Shown: positions 28,970 through 36,906 of the stretch, piece by piece | Layout: the number at the start of each line of letters is the position of its first letter | Position numbering within the stretch: position 1 is the first letter of the stretch | From: a virus | Taxonomy: Duplodnaviria; Caudoviricetes | Reading direction: 5' to 3' (one strand) | Length of the DNA stretch: 64,000 nucleotides | Virus record (IMG/VR): IMGVR_UViG_3300025138_000037 | Span: 219 to 64,218 of that record | Translations under genes and position numbers: made by a program | The notes under the pieces: model-generated | The model's database searches: none | What the model was told of the DNA's origin: nothing | The model's input: only the letters and a program-made list of their open reading frames with translations

Positions 28970-30226
28970 ATGGAAAAGAAAATAGATCCGCTACTAGAAG
29001 AGCAATGGGAGGTTTTTCAAAAAGAAAACCCAAGTGCGACATATCGTCACGTTGATGAGAATGAACTGGTAGATAGACTAACAAAAGAATTAACTTATGC
29101 TTCTAATATGTCAGTAGAAGAATACACACTATATCAAAAATGGTGTGAAGTAAAAAACAAATATCCTGCACAAAAAGTAAATACTTTATTTGGTGAAGAA
29201 AGTCAATTAGTTGACCAGTCAAAAGATAAGTTATTAGTACATGTGAAAAACAATATATGGTCACCTAAAGACCCTATGGACTTTGAAAAGTTAGAACCAG
29301 AGTTAATCTATACAAAAGACATACCCAATGGGTCACAATTGTGGAATGCAATTCGTACATTTGCTTCTACAATGAAAAACAATAACAACATAGGTCGTAA
29401 CCTTAACTTTATTGTAAGAGATAAACCAACAAAGAAATACTTAGGTGTTATTTGTATCTCATCAGACTTTTTAGATTTAACACCAAGAGACAATTACATA
29501 GGTTGGGATAGAGAACGTAAAACGAAGAAGATGATTAATCATACGGCAATAGGTAGTACGATTGTGCCACTACAACCACTAGGGTTTAATTATACAGGTG
29601 GTAAGTTATTGGCGTTATTATGTTTATCTGATAAAGTACAAGAAATATGGAAAAGAGAATATGGTGACACGATGGTAGGTGTAACAACAACAAGTCTATA
29701 TGGTAGTTTTAGTCAGTATCAAAATCTTAAATACTGGAAGAAAAGAGGTCATAGTTCAGGTAGTGTATCTTATGAAGCAACAAAACCTACAATTTCTATG
29801 ATACGAGATTGGTTAAAAGAAAATCATACAAGAAAATACTTTGAATGGTATGGTGCAACAAAACCTACAGGCCAACCTTATAAGAGAGACCACAGAAATA
29901 GGTCACATACATTTGCCTACAGTAAGTTAGGCATACCAAGAGAGATTACAAAGTCTGCTCATAGTCGTGGTATCTATTTTAGTACACTATATGATAACAC
30001 TTGCGAATTTTTAAAAGAAGAAATAACGGAAGATAAGTTAAAAAAATCATTTGATAGTAGTATTGAAGGACTTGTAAATGTATGGAAAAACAAGTATGCT
30101 AGTAAGCGTATTAAATCATTGATTAACCAGTCTAGGACGAACATGGAGACACTTTATTATGATGACTTGATACATCTAACTTGGGAAGAAACAAAGAATA
30201 AGTATCTAAAACAGGTAGGAAGATGA
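28970..30226 (+). CDS. DUF4338 (DruA-like) protein, paralog A
   Basis: GRNLNFIVRD..T.KYLGVI.ISSD..DL.PRD.YIGW, IVPLQPLGFNYTGGKLLALL, TTTSLYG..SQY. Confidence 0.8.
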   Translation: MEKKIDPLLEEQWEVFQKENPSATYRHVDENELVDRLTKELTYASNMSVEEYTLYQKWCEVKNKYPAQKVNTLFGEESQLVDQSKDKLLVHVKNNIWSPKDPMDFEKLEPELIYTKDIPNGSQLWNAIRTFASTMKNNNNIGRNLNFIVRDKPTKKYLGVICISSDFLDLTPRDNYIGWDRERKTKKMINHTAIGSTIVPLQPLGFNYTGGKLLALLCLSDKVQEIWKREYGDTMVGVTTTSLYGSFSQYQNLKYWKKRGHSSGSVSYEATKPTISMIRDWLKENHTRKYFEWYGATKPTGQPYKRDHRNRSHTFAYSKLGIPREITKSAHSRGIYFSTLYDNTCEFLKEEITEDKLKKSFDSSIEGLVNVWKNKYASKRIKSLINQSRTNMETLYYDDLIHLTWEETKNKYLKQVGR

Positions 30227-30241
30227 GAACATTTAGCGAAC
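30227..30241 (+). promoter_or_regulatory. Alphaproteobacterial-type LexA box (GAAC-N7-GAAC)
   Basis: GAAC ATTTAGC GAAC in intergenic DNA upstream of a strong promoter. Confidence 0.5.
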
Positions 30242-30276
30242 ACCACATCTGTTGCAAAAATACAACAGTACAAAAA

Positions 30277-30363
30277 TGATAAGTCATTGAAAAACAACGA
30301 TTTTAATTTATATTATTTTGTTGACATTTGAACCAAAATGGTATAGGATATAGAAATAATTAA
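30277..30363 (+). repeat. 87-bp promoter-containing imperfect repeat, copy 1 (TTGACA 30321, TAGGAT 30344)
   Basis: Gapless similarity to 32699..32785. Confidence 0.8.
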
Positions 30364-30372
30364 CGAGGTATT

Positions 30373-32664
30373 ATGAAACAAATTAGTAAAGAACAAAAAT
30401 CAAATTTAGCAAGATTACTTGCAACAGAAAATCTTAACATAGAACACAGAAAAGTTAAGACGGCTTATTTTATTCCTAAAACTAGAACTTTATGCCTTCC
30501 AATATGGGAAGATATGAGTAACGATTTATATGACCTTTTATGCGGACACGAAGTTGGTCACGCTTTATATACTCCACAAGATGAAACAGTTTTAAAAGAA
30601 GCGATGAAGAATATTCCTCATTCATACTTTAATGTTGTAGAAGACATTAGAATTGATATGAACATGAAGAAGAAATATCCTGGTTTAAGAAAATCTTATT
30701 TCAATGGTTATAAAGAATTAGTTGAAAGAGACTTCTTTGGTAATATCCAAGAAGACGCTAACTCTATGAGATTTATTGATAGACTTAATATCTTTACTAA
30801 ATCTGGTAACTTAGAACAAACAATTGAATTTAACGAACAAGAACAAGAATTTGTTAACAAGTCACAAAAACTTGTTACATTTGATGATGTTATACAATTA
30901 GCAACAGAAATCTTTGAATACTCTAAAGAAGAAAACTACGATCCTGAAAATGACCCATTACAACAAGTAGAAGCACAAAATGAAAATGGCGAAGAAGGTG
31001 AAGAAGAAACACAATCAGAGGAAAGTGAAAGTAATGGCGAAGAAGAAAACCAACAAGATAATGATGAAGGCGATACTACCACATCTACAAATGATAAACC
31101 TGCGACCAACGAAGAAGCAGAAACACAATCAAAACCGTCAACAGGTGAAAAAGGTAGTCACAACCCAGATATAAATGCTGGTGTAACAAAACCTACTAAT
31201 GTGGCACAAACAGATGTTGCCTTTGAAGAAAACAAATCTACTCTATCTAATACTGATGAAAAAACAAAAGATAATTTATATGTTACATTACCAAGTATTA
31301 AATCTAGTGTGATTGTTGATTACAAAGAAGTATCAAACAAAATGAGTGAGTATCTTTCTACCACATATACAGATAAGTCATACAATTATAATATTAAAGA
31401 TATTGCTAAAAGAAATACAAGATTTGCTGAGTTCAAAAGAAAACAAATGAAAACTGTACATTATATGGCAAAAGAATTTGAAATGAAGAAAGCGGCAGAT
31501 AACTATAATAAAACACAACAAGCAGTATCTGGTTCTTTAAATATGAACAAAATACATTCTTACAAATATAATGATGATATCTTTAAGAAGTTACAAGTAG
31601 AACCAGGTGCTAAAAATCATGGTATGATTATGTTTATTGATTGGTCTGGTAGTATGAGTGATAACTTAGAGGATACTATTAATCAAACATTAAACTTAGT
31701 TATGTTTTGTAAGGCAGTACAAATACCTTTTGAAGTATATGCCTTCTCAGATATCAATTCTAAATATTTTGAACCCAATAGTGAAATGAATGATTACTGG
31801 AGAAGTGATAGAAAGTCAATTCAAATTGCACCATTCAATCACAAACCTGGTGACTTGTTTGTTGAAAATGTTACACTTATTAATTTTCTATCAAGTAGAA
31901 TGAAACCAAGAGAATACAATGAAGGTATGCAAAACCTTTTTGGTATAGGTGAGTGTTATGGTAGTCATCATCGAGGTAGATATTATAGAAGTGCTTATGA
32001 ACCACAATCTGAGGAAGATTACAACGTGGTACAATCACCACAATGTATGAGACTTGGTGGTACGCCGTTAGACCCTTGTATCATTGCGGCTACAACTATT
32101 GTAAAAGAATTTATTACAAAGAATAAAATACAGAAAATGAACACAATCTTTTTAACTGATGGTTGTGGTCACACATTACAAAATGTTGTATTGAATGACG
32201 GTAGAGTATCTAACGAAAATAGTCACAAACACAATATTGTTATTAGAGATAATGAAACAAAAACAAATACTACTTATGATGGTTATGGTTTTAACTCAAC
32301 ACATAAACCTATGTTAGATTTGTTTAAAAGAAAAACTGGTAGTAAAGTTATTGGATTTTATATATCTGCTCGTAATAATGTATCCTATTATGACATCAAT
32401 AATTTTCTACCAGTTGAAGCAGGCAACGAAGGTGTTGAAGCAGTAAGACAAAAAATGAGAAAAGATAAAGTTGGTATCATTACTGGTAATGGTTATGATG
32501 AATTGTTTATCTTACCTAAAAAGAACTTAAAAATTGTTGATGAAGAAGCGAATATAGACCCTTCTATGACACCAGCAAAAATGAAACAACAATTCCTTAA
32601 AACGCTGAAAACAAAGAAAACAAGCAGAGTTTTATTAAATAAATTCGTAGAAAGAGTAGCATAA
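30373..32664 (+). CDS. Metallopeptidase-like + vWA domain protein (CobT-like partner)
   Basis: HEVGH motif, FNVVEDIRI, acidic linker, MIDAS DWSGS, GGTPL, LTDG. Confidence 0.85.
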   Translation: MKQISKEQKSNLARLLATENLNIEHRKVKTAYFIPKTRTLCLPIWEDMSNDLYDLLCGHEVGHALYTPQDETVLKEAMKNIPHSYFNVVEDIRIDMNMKKKYPGLRKSYFNGYKELVERDFFGNIQEDANSMRFIDRLNIFTKSGNLEQTIEFNEQEQEFVNKSQKLVTFDDVIQLATEIFEYSKEENYDPENDPLQQVEAQNENGEEGEEETQSEESESNGEEENQQDNDEGDTTTSTNDKPATNEEAETQSKPSTGEKGSHNPDINAGVTKPTNVAQTDVAFEENKSTLSNTDEKTKDNLYVTLPSIKSSVIVDYKEVSNKMSEYLSTTYTDKSYNYNIKDIAKRNTRFAEFKRKQMKTVHYMAKEFEMKKAADNYNKTQQAVSGSLNMNKIHSYKYNDDIFKKLQVEPGAKNHGMIMFIDWSGSMSDNLEDTINQTLNLVMFCKAVQIPFEVYAFSDINSKYFEPNSEMNDYWRSDRKSIQIAPFNHKPGDLFVENVTLINFLSSRMKPREYNEGMQNLFGIGECYGSHHRGRYYRSAYEPQSEEDYNVVQSPQCMRLGGTPLDPCIIAATTIVKEFITKNKIQKMNTIFLTDGCGHTLQNVVLNDGRVSNENSHKHNIVIRDNETKTNTTYDGYGFNSTHKPMLDLFKRKTGSKVIGFYISARNNVSYYDINNFLPVEAGNEGVEAVRQKMRKDKVGIITGNGYDELFILPKKNLKIVDEEANIDPSMTPAKMKQQFLKTLKTKKTSRVLLNKFVERVA

Positions 32665-32698
32665 TGAGTGGCTGCGACAAGTTGTCAAGTAAATTAAT

Positions 32699-32785
32699 TG
32701 ATAACCTATTGAAAAATAAAGGTTTTAAATTGTATTATTTACTTGACTTTACAGCAAAACTATGATAGGATATAGAGATAATTAA
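32699..32785 (+). repeat. 87-bp promoter-containing imperfect repeat, copy 2 (TTGACT 32743, TAGGAT 32766)
   Basis: Gapless similarity to 30277..30363. Confidence 0.8.
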
Positions 32786-32804
32786 AAATAAAGAGGAAAA
32801 CATT

Positions 32805-33965
32805 ATGAAATTAAATGATAAACAAAAACAATTTGTAGAGACTGCTTACAAAGAACTTGGTACTGATACAGTAACAAGAAAGCAAGTCCAAGAAATTGAG
32901 ACTAAATTTAATCTAACTGGTAACAGTTGGTTAGTTAATTCAGGAGACTACAAAGTGGGTCGTGGTGTATATAAATTACCTGTTAACGGTATGGTTAATC
33001 CATCTAAGAATGTTAAACAGAAATTATCACCTGTACAACCACAAGAAAAGGTTACACTTAAAACTACTGAACGTGTTGCTGATAATCTAGTGCCTTCTAA
33101 AGAGGCAACTTTTGTATCTTTTGGTAACTACAAAGATATTAAGAATATTGTTAAATCTGGTATCTTTTATCCTACTTTCATTACTGGTTTATCTGGTAAT
33201 GGTAAGACACTTAACATAATTCAAAGTTGTGCTGAGTTAAAACGTGAATTAATTAGAGTTAACATAACTGTTGAAACGGACGAAGATGATTTACTTGGTG
33301 GTTTCAGATTAGTTGACGGTGCTACAGTATGGCATGACGGTCCTGTTGTTGACGCTATGAAACGTGGCGCTGTTCTTTTACTTGATGAGATTGACTTAGC
33401 AAGTAATAAGATTATGTGTTTACAACCTATCTTAGAAGGTAACGGTGTGTTCCTTAAAAAGATTGGTAAATTTGTAGAACCACAATCTGGTTTTAATGTA
33501 ATCGCTACTGCCAATACAAAAGGTAAAGGTAGTGATGACGGAAGATTTATTGGTACTAACATACTCAATGAAGCATTCCTTGAAAGATTTCCTGTTACTT
33601 TTGAGCAACAGTATCCTCCTATCAAGGTAGAACAAAAAATACTTGATAACGTTATGGATGCCTATAACTTAAAAGATGACAAGTTTACAGAAAACCTAGT
33701 TAAATGGGCTGATGTAATTCGTAAGACTTTCTATGATGGTGGTGTTGATGAGATTATCGCTACTCGTAGATTAGTACATATCATTAATGCTTATGCTATC
33801 TTTAAGAACAAACTAAAATCTGTTCAAGTGTGTGTAAACAGATTTGATGATGATACTAAAAACAGTTTCCTTGATTTGTATTCCAAAGTTGACGCAGGCG
33901 TTAATATGGAAGACCTATCAGGAAATGTCAATGATGATGAGACAGTAGAGGATAGTAATATCTAA
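32805..33965 (+). CDS. MoxR/CobS-like AAA+ ATPase
   Basis: GLSGNGKT, DLLGG, LLLDEID, ATANTKG, NEAFLERF. Confidence 0.92.
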   Translation: MKLNDKQKQFVETAYKELGTDTVTRKQVQEIETKFNLTGNSWLVNSGDYKVGRGVYKLPVNGMVNPSKNVKQKLSPVQPQEKVTLKTTERVADNLVPSKEATFVSFGNYKDIKNIVKSGIFYPTFITGLSGNGKTLNIIQSCAELKRELIRVNITVETDEDDLLGGFRLVDGATVWHDGPVVDAMKRGAVLLLDEIDLASNKIMCLQPILEGNGVFLKKIGKFVEPQSGFNVIATANTKGKGSDDGRFIGTNILNEAFLERFPVTFEQQYPPIKVEQKILDNVMDAYNLKDDKFTENLVKWADVIRKTFYDGGVDEIIATRRLVHIINAYAIFKNKLKSVQVCVNRFDDDTKNSFLDLYSKVDAGVNMEDLSGNVNDDETVEDSNI

Positions 33966-33996
33966 TATGAAATTCATTCATAATGTAGACCTCGTA

Positions 33997-34023
33997 GGTG
34001 GCGGAACTCATAATCCCGCCACC
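33997..34023 (+). other. Stem-loop with tRNA-Met-like anticodon loop CTCATAA
   Basis: GGTGGCGGAA-CTCATAA-TCCCGCCACC; 9 of 10 positions pair. Confidence 0.55.
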
Positions 34024-34039
34024 GCTAAATCTACTTTGA

Positions 34040-34113
34040 GCGGGTTAAGCATAAAAGTAATGTGTGTTAATTCCATTAACAAGAACTTCGGGCAGTACGA
34101 AGGATCCGCTCCA
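34040..34113 (+). tRNA. tRNA-Gly(TCC), non-canonical D and T loops, encoded CCA
   Basis: Acceptor GCGGGTT/GATCCGC, U73, CCA; D stem GCAT/ATGT; anticodon stem TGTTA/TAACA with loop AT-TCC-AT; T stem CTTCG/CGAAG with loop GGCAGTA; 74 nt. Confidence 0.85.
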
Positions 34114-34129
34114 ACTAACTAATAAAGAT

Positions 34130-34336
34130 ATGACAATAACAGTAATAGTAAAAAATAACAACGTAGAAAAAGCTATTAGAACCTTAAAGAAAAAGGTCCT
34201 AAAAGAAGGTCTCTTAAAAGAAATAAAACAAAGGCAATATTACGAAAAGCCTACGTTAAAGAGACAAAGAAGACATAAAGAAAATCTAAAACGTGTTGCT
34301 AAATTAAATAAGCAACGAGAACGTGAAGGATTTTAA
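34130..34336 (+). CDS. rpsU: Ribosomal protein bS21
   Basis: V.VKNNNVEKAIRTLKKKVLKEGLLKEIKQRQYYEKPT.KR; the start is ATG 34130 because the track's longer ORF runs through the tRNA. Confidence 0.92.
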   Translation: MTITVIVKNNNVEKAIRTLKKKVLKEGLLKEIKQRQYYEKPTLKRQRRHKENLKRVAKLNKQREREGF

Positions 34337-34392
34337 AAGAATTTCTGTTGATGACACGGCGGAATAAACACCATAAACTAAAGGAGTATATT

Positions 34393-34644
34393 ATGGCAAG
34401 AACAAGAATAGCAAACAGCACAAAATTTCTTAATGCAATGTTAAGAGGTGCTAGTGTAACCTGGACGGAAGCACAAAAAAAATTTAGTTTGAAATCACCA
34501 AGAAGCGTGGTTAACAAATTAAGAGAAGATGGACATTGTGTGTACATCAATAAATCAGCAAAAGGTACTAGTTACAGAATTGGTACACCTTCAAAAGCGT
34601 TAGTGGCTGCAGGTTTTGCTATGTTAGAAGGCGCTTCTGCATAA
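34393..34644 (+). CDS. Small winged-HTH-like DNA/RNA-binding protein
   Basis: RBS AAGGAG; G.SVTWTEAQKKF.LKSPRSVVNKLREDGHCVYIN....YRIG. Confidence 0.65.
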   Translation: MARTRIANSTKFLNAMLRGASVTWTEAQKKFSLKSPRSVVNKLREDGHCVYINKSAKGTSYRIGTPSKALVAAGFAMLEGASA

Positions 34645-34651
34645 ATAGTCA

Positions 34652-34746
34652 TGTGGCAATTCATAAGACCACTTGAATGTTGCCTCTCGTAAAGACAACA
34701 TATTCAGCCTTTTTATGGTTTGGGCTTGTAAAAAATTAAACCATAA
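34652..34746 (+). ncRNA. Candidate small RNA: three hairpins with YTYRTAA loops
   Basis: Follows CATAAATA (34640-34647). Loops are TTCATAA (34660), CTCGTAA (34686) and CTTGTAA (34725), each on a stem. Confidence 0.45.
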
Positions 34747-34749
34747 CTA

Positions 34750-34757
34750 TATAAATA
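34750..34757 (+). promoter_or_regulatory. T4-type late promoter TATAAATA for hsp20
   Basis: Exact consensus. Confidence 0.7.
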
Positions 34758-34760
34758 CTA

Positions 34761-34803
34761 ATGTACGCCATAATGGGTACATTTTAAACTCGCTTAAAAG
34801 GAG
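34761..34803 (+). promoter_or_regulatory. ROSE-like RNA thermometer in the hsp20 5' UTR
   Basis: Hairpin ATGTAC..GTACAT, then CTCGCTT pairing with the SD AAGGAG with a bulged G (UCGCU motif). Confidence 0.6.
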
Positions 34804-34810
34804 AAAAACT

Positions 34811-35236
34811 ATGAATAAAACTCTATCAATATGGAATGACCTACGACCATTTACTGTAGGCTTTGATAGTATCTTTGACCATTTTGACAATCAGTTAGAA
34901 CATACAAGGTCACAAAATCAAACTTATCCCCCATACAACATTAACAGAATTGACGACCTCAATTATCAAGTTGAAATGGCACTTGCCGGTTTCAGTAGAA
35001 GTGATATTGATGTCCAGTACGCTGACAATCAATTAACTGTTAAGTCCGTACATAGTGATAAAGATGAAAAAGATACTATTCATAGAGGCATATCAAAAAG
35101 ACATTTTACTAGACGATTTACTGTAGCAGATGATGTTATGGTAAAAGGTGCTAAGATGGAAGATGGTATGCTTTTAATTGACTTGGAAAAAATAGTACCA
35201 GAGGAAAAGAAACCTAGAACTATTGAAATTAAATAA
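34811..35236 (+). CDS. hsp20: Small heat shock protein Hsp20 (IbpA-like)
   Basis: TVGFD, YPPYNI, EMALAGFS, HRGISKRHFTRRF, DGML.I.L...PEEKKPR.I.I. Confidence 0.95.
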   Translation: MNKTLSIWNDLRPFTVGFDSIFDHFDNQLEHTRSQNQTYPPYNINRIDDLNYQVEMALAGFSRSDIDVQYADNQLTVKSVHSDKDEKDTIHRGISKRHFTRRFTVADDVMVKGAKMEDGMLLIDLEKIVPEEKKPRTIEIK

Positions 35237-35249
35237 TGAATAAATGATA

Positions 35250-35270
35250 GGGTGGGCGTTATGCCCACCC
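35250..35270 (+). terminator. Hairpin after hsp20
   Basis: GGGTGGGC-GTTAT-GCCCACCC with no U-tract. Confidence 0.5.
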
Positions 35271-35281
35271 ACCACTATATT

Positions 35282-35836
35282 ATGAGCATACTTTTTGAAA
35301 CACATATACTACACAAACACTTAGACCTTAACCTAGAGGTCATTAAACATCATTGTCGTGGCATAAGAATACATGGCAAAGGTAGAGACGTTTCTAACAT
35401 AGGTGGTTGGCAAAGTGAAGACTTATACGGCGACCATCCTGAACTTTACGATTTATTTGAATCCATAGATGAATATGGTAATGAATATTCTCAACATGTA
35501 AATAGAGACCACGTTAAACTTGATAACGTGTGGGTAAACTTTAATGGTTACAAAGATTACAATAGACCACATGTACATAGTGGTGCATATGTGAGTGGTG
35601 TGTATTATGTACAAACACCTGAAGATTGTGGCAACTTATGTTTTGAACACCCTTCGCCACTACACAATACTGAATGGGACCATGTACCAAATGTAATGGG
35701 ATATGTTCCACAAGAGAATGATTTGTTTTTATTTCCTAATTGGCTAAGTCATTATGTATTACCAAATCTAAACAAAAAAGAGGAAAGAATTTCAATCTCA
35801 TTTAATCTAAGGCTTGACAAATCAACTGAATTATGA
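35282..35836 (+). CDS. Putative 2OG-Fe(II) oxygenase (TIGR02466-like)
   Basis: SNIGGWQS, WVNFN...YNRPHVH, SGVYYV, FPNWLSHYV.PN, RISISFN. Confidence 0.87.
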   Translation: MSILFETHILHKHLDLNLEVIKHHCRGIRIHGKGRDVSNIGGWQSEDLYGDHPELYDLFESIDEYGNEYSQHVNRDHVKLDNVWVNFNGYKDYNRPHVHSGAYVSGVYYVQTPEDCGNLCFEHPSPLHNTEWDHVPNVMGYVPQENDLFLFPNWLSHYVLPNLNKKEERISISFNLRLDKSTEL

Positions 35837-35842
35837 TAGGAT
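35814..35842 (+). promoter_or_regulatory. Early/middle sigma70-type promoter TTGACA-N17-TAGGAT
   Basis: GGCTTGACA...TGA TAGGAT; heads the gp45-44-62 operon. Confidence 0.7.
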
Positions 35843-35848
35843 ACCATT

Positions 35849-36220
35849 ATGTATAAATTTAAAGAAGATATTATATTAGATGATGTAAAGAGTTATATTG
35901 ACAAAACATATAGTTCTCATTATTCATCTACAAAAAAACAGGCTACTGAAATCATTATCGACCAAGGACACGGTGAAGGTTTTTGTATGGGCAATATTTT
36001 AAAATATGCTCAACGTTATGGCAAAAAAGATGGCAAGAATAAGAATGACCTTATGAAAGTTATACATTATGCTGTAATTCAATTGTCCCAAGACCACTAT
36101 CAGCAAGAGAATTTGTTAAAAAACTTACAACAAGACTTATTACAATATGATATTGGCAAACATGAAGAACCTGCCTTACGCTCTGTAATGTCAGAAAAAT
36201 ATAACAAGGAAAATATATAA
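35849..36220 (+). CDS. DUF3310-like protein (putative nucleotide kinase/pyrophosphatase)
   Basis: HY, GFCMGNILKYAQRYGKKDG, DLMKVIHYA. Confidence 0.7.
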   Translation: MYKFKEDIILDDVKSYIDKTYSSHYSSTKKQATEIIIDQGHGEGFCMGNILKYAQRYGKKDGKNKNDLMKVIHYAVIQLSQDHYQQENLLKNLQQDLLQYDIGKHEEPALRSVMSEKYNKENI

Positions 36221-36888
36221 TGAAACTAAGTGAAGCGACCAAAGAGATATTGAAGAACTTTTCTGACATCAATCCTAACTTGATGATTAAACCAGGTAAA
36301 GAACTAAAAACAATCTCTACTATGAAGAATATCCTTGCCACAGCGCAAGTAGAAGAAGACTTTCCACAAGATATTGCTATCTATGACCTATCTGAGTTCT
36401 TAGGTGTAATGTCTTTATTTAACAAACCTACATTTGCTTTTGATGATAAGTCATTGTCAATTAGTGAAGAAGGTACAAAAACAAAGTCAAAGTATTACTT
36501 TGCTGATGCCTCTATTTTAACAACACCACAAAAAGATGTTAAAATGCCAGAAGCAGAGGTAAACTTTACATTGACGGAAACTGACTTAACAAAAGTTAAG
36601 AAAGCGGCTGCAATGTTACAACTACCTGATATCGCTGTATCAAGTGAAGGTGGTGATATTACATTGTCGGCGATGGATAAAAAGAATGATACTGCCAATA
36701 ACTTCAATCTCAAAGTAGGTACAAGTGATAAGACATTTGTATTTCACTTTAAAACAGAACATTTGAAAATGTTACCTGGTGATTATGATGTGGCAATCTC
36801 ATCTAAATTAATTAGTAATTTTAAACACAAATCTAAATCAATTCAATATTGGGTTGCATTAGAGAATACAAGTAAATATACTGGCTAA
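36220..36888 (+). CDS. gp45: Sliding clamp gp45
   Basis: MKLS..T..ILKNFS.IN, IYDLSEFL, LPGDYDV, YWVALE. Confidence 0.95.
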   Translation: MKLSEATKEILKNFSDINPNLMIKPGKELKTISTMKNILATAQVEEDFPQDIAIYDLSEFLGVMSLFNKPTFAFDDKSLSISEEGTKTKSKYYFADASILTTPQKDVKMPEAEVNFTLTETDLTKVKKAAAMLQLPDIAVSSEGGDITLSAMDKKNDTANNFNLKVGTSDKTFVFHFKTEHLKMLPGDYDVAISSKLISNFKHKSKSIQYWVALENTSKYTG

Positions 36889-36906
36889 TTAGATGAGGAT
36901 TTTATT

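Noticed and set aside
28970-30226. Druantia anti-phage defence system (DruA)
   Set aside because: No DruE helicase or other Dru genes; the context is the phage replication/modification module
30373-33965. Cobalamin biosynthesis AMGs cobT/cobS
   Set aside because: No CobN or other cob genes; generic MoxR/vWA architecture plus a peptidase motif
33975-33999. Additional TTCATAA / CTCGTAG loop-like heptamers before the tRNA
   Set aside because: Only 2-bp closing stems, too weak to count with the anticodon-like hairpins
34064-34129. N-terminal extension of the bS21 ORF
   Set aside because: Runs through the tRNA-Gly gene; bS21 similarity starts at ATG 34130
34673-34810. N-terminal extension of hsp20
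   Set aside because: Covers the hairpins, late promoter and RBS; the real start is ATG 34811
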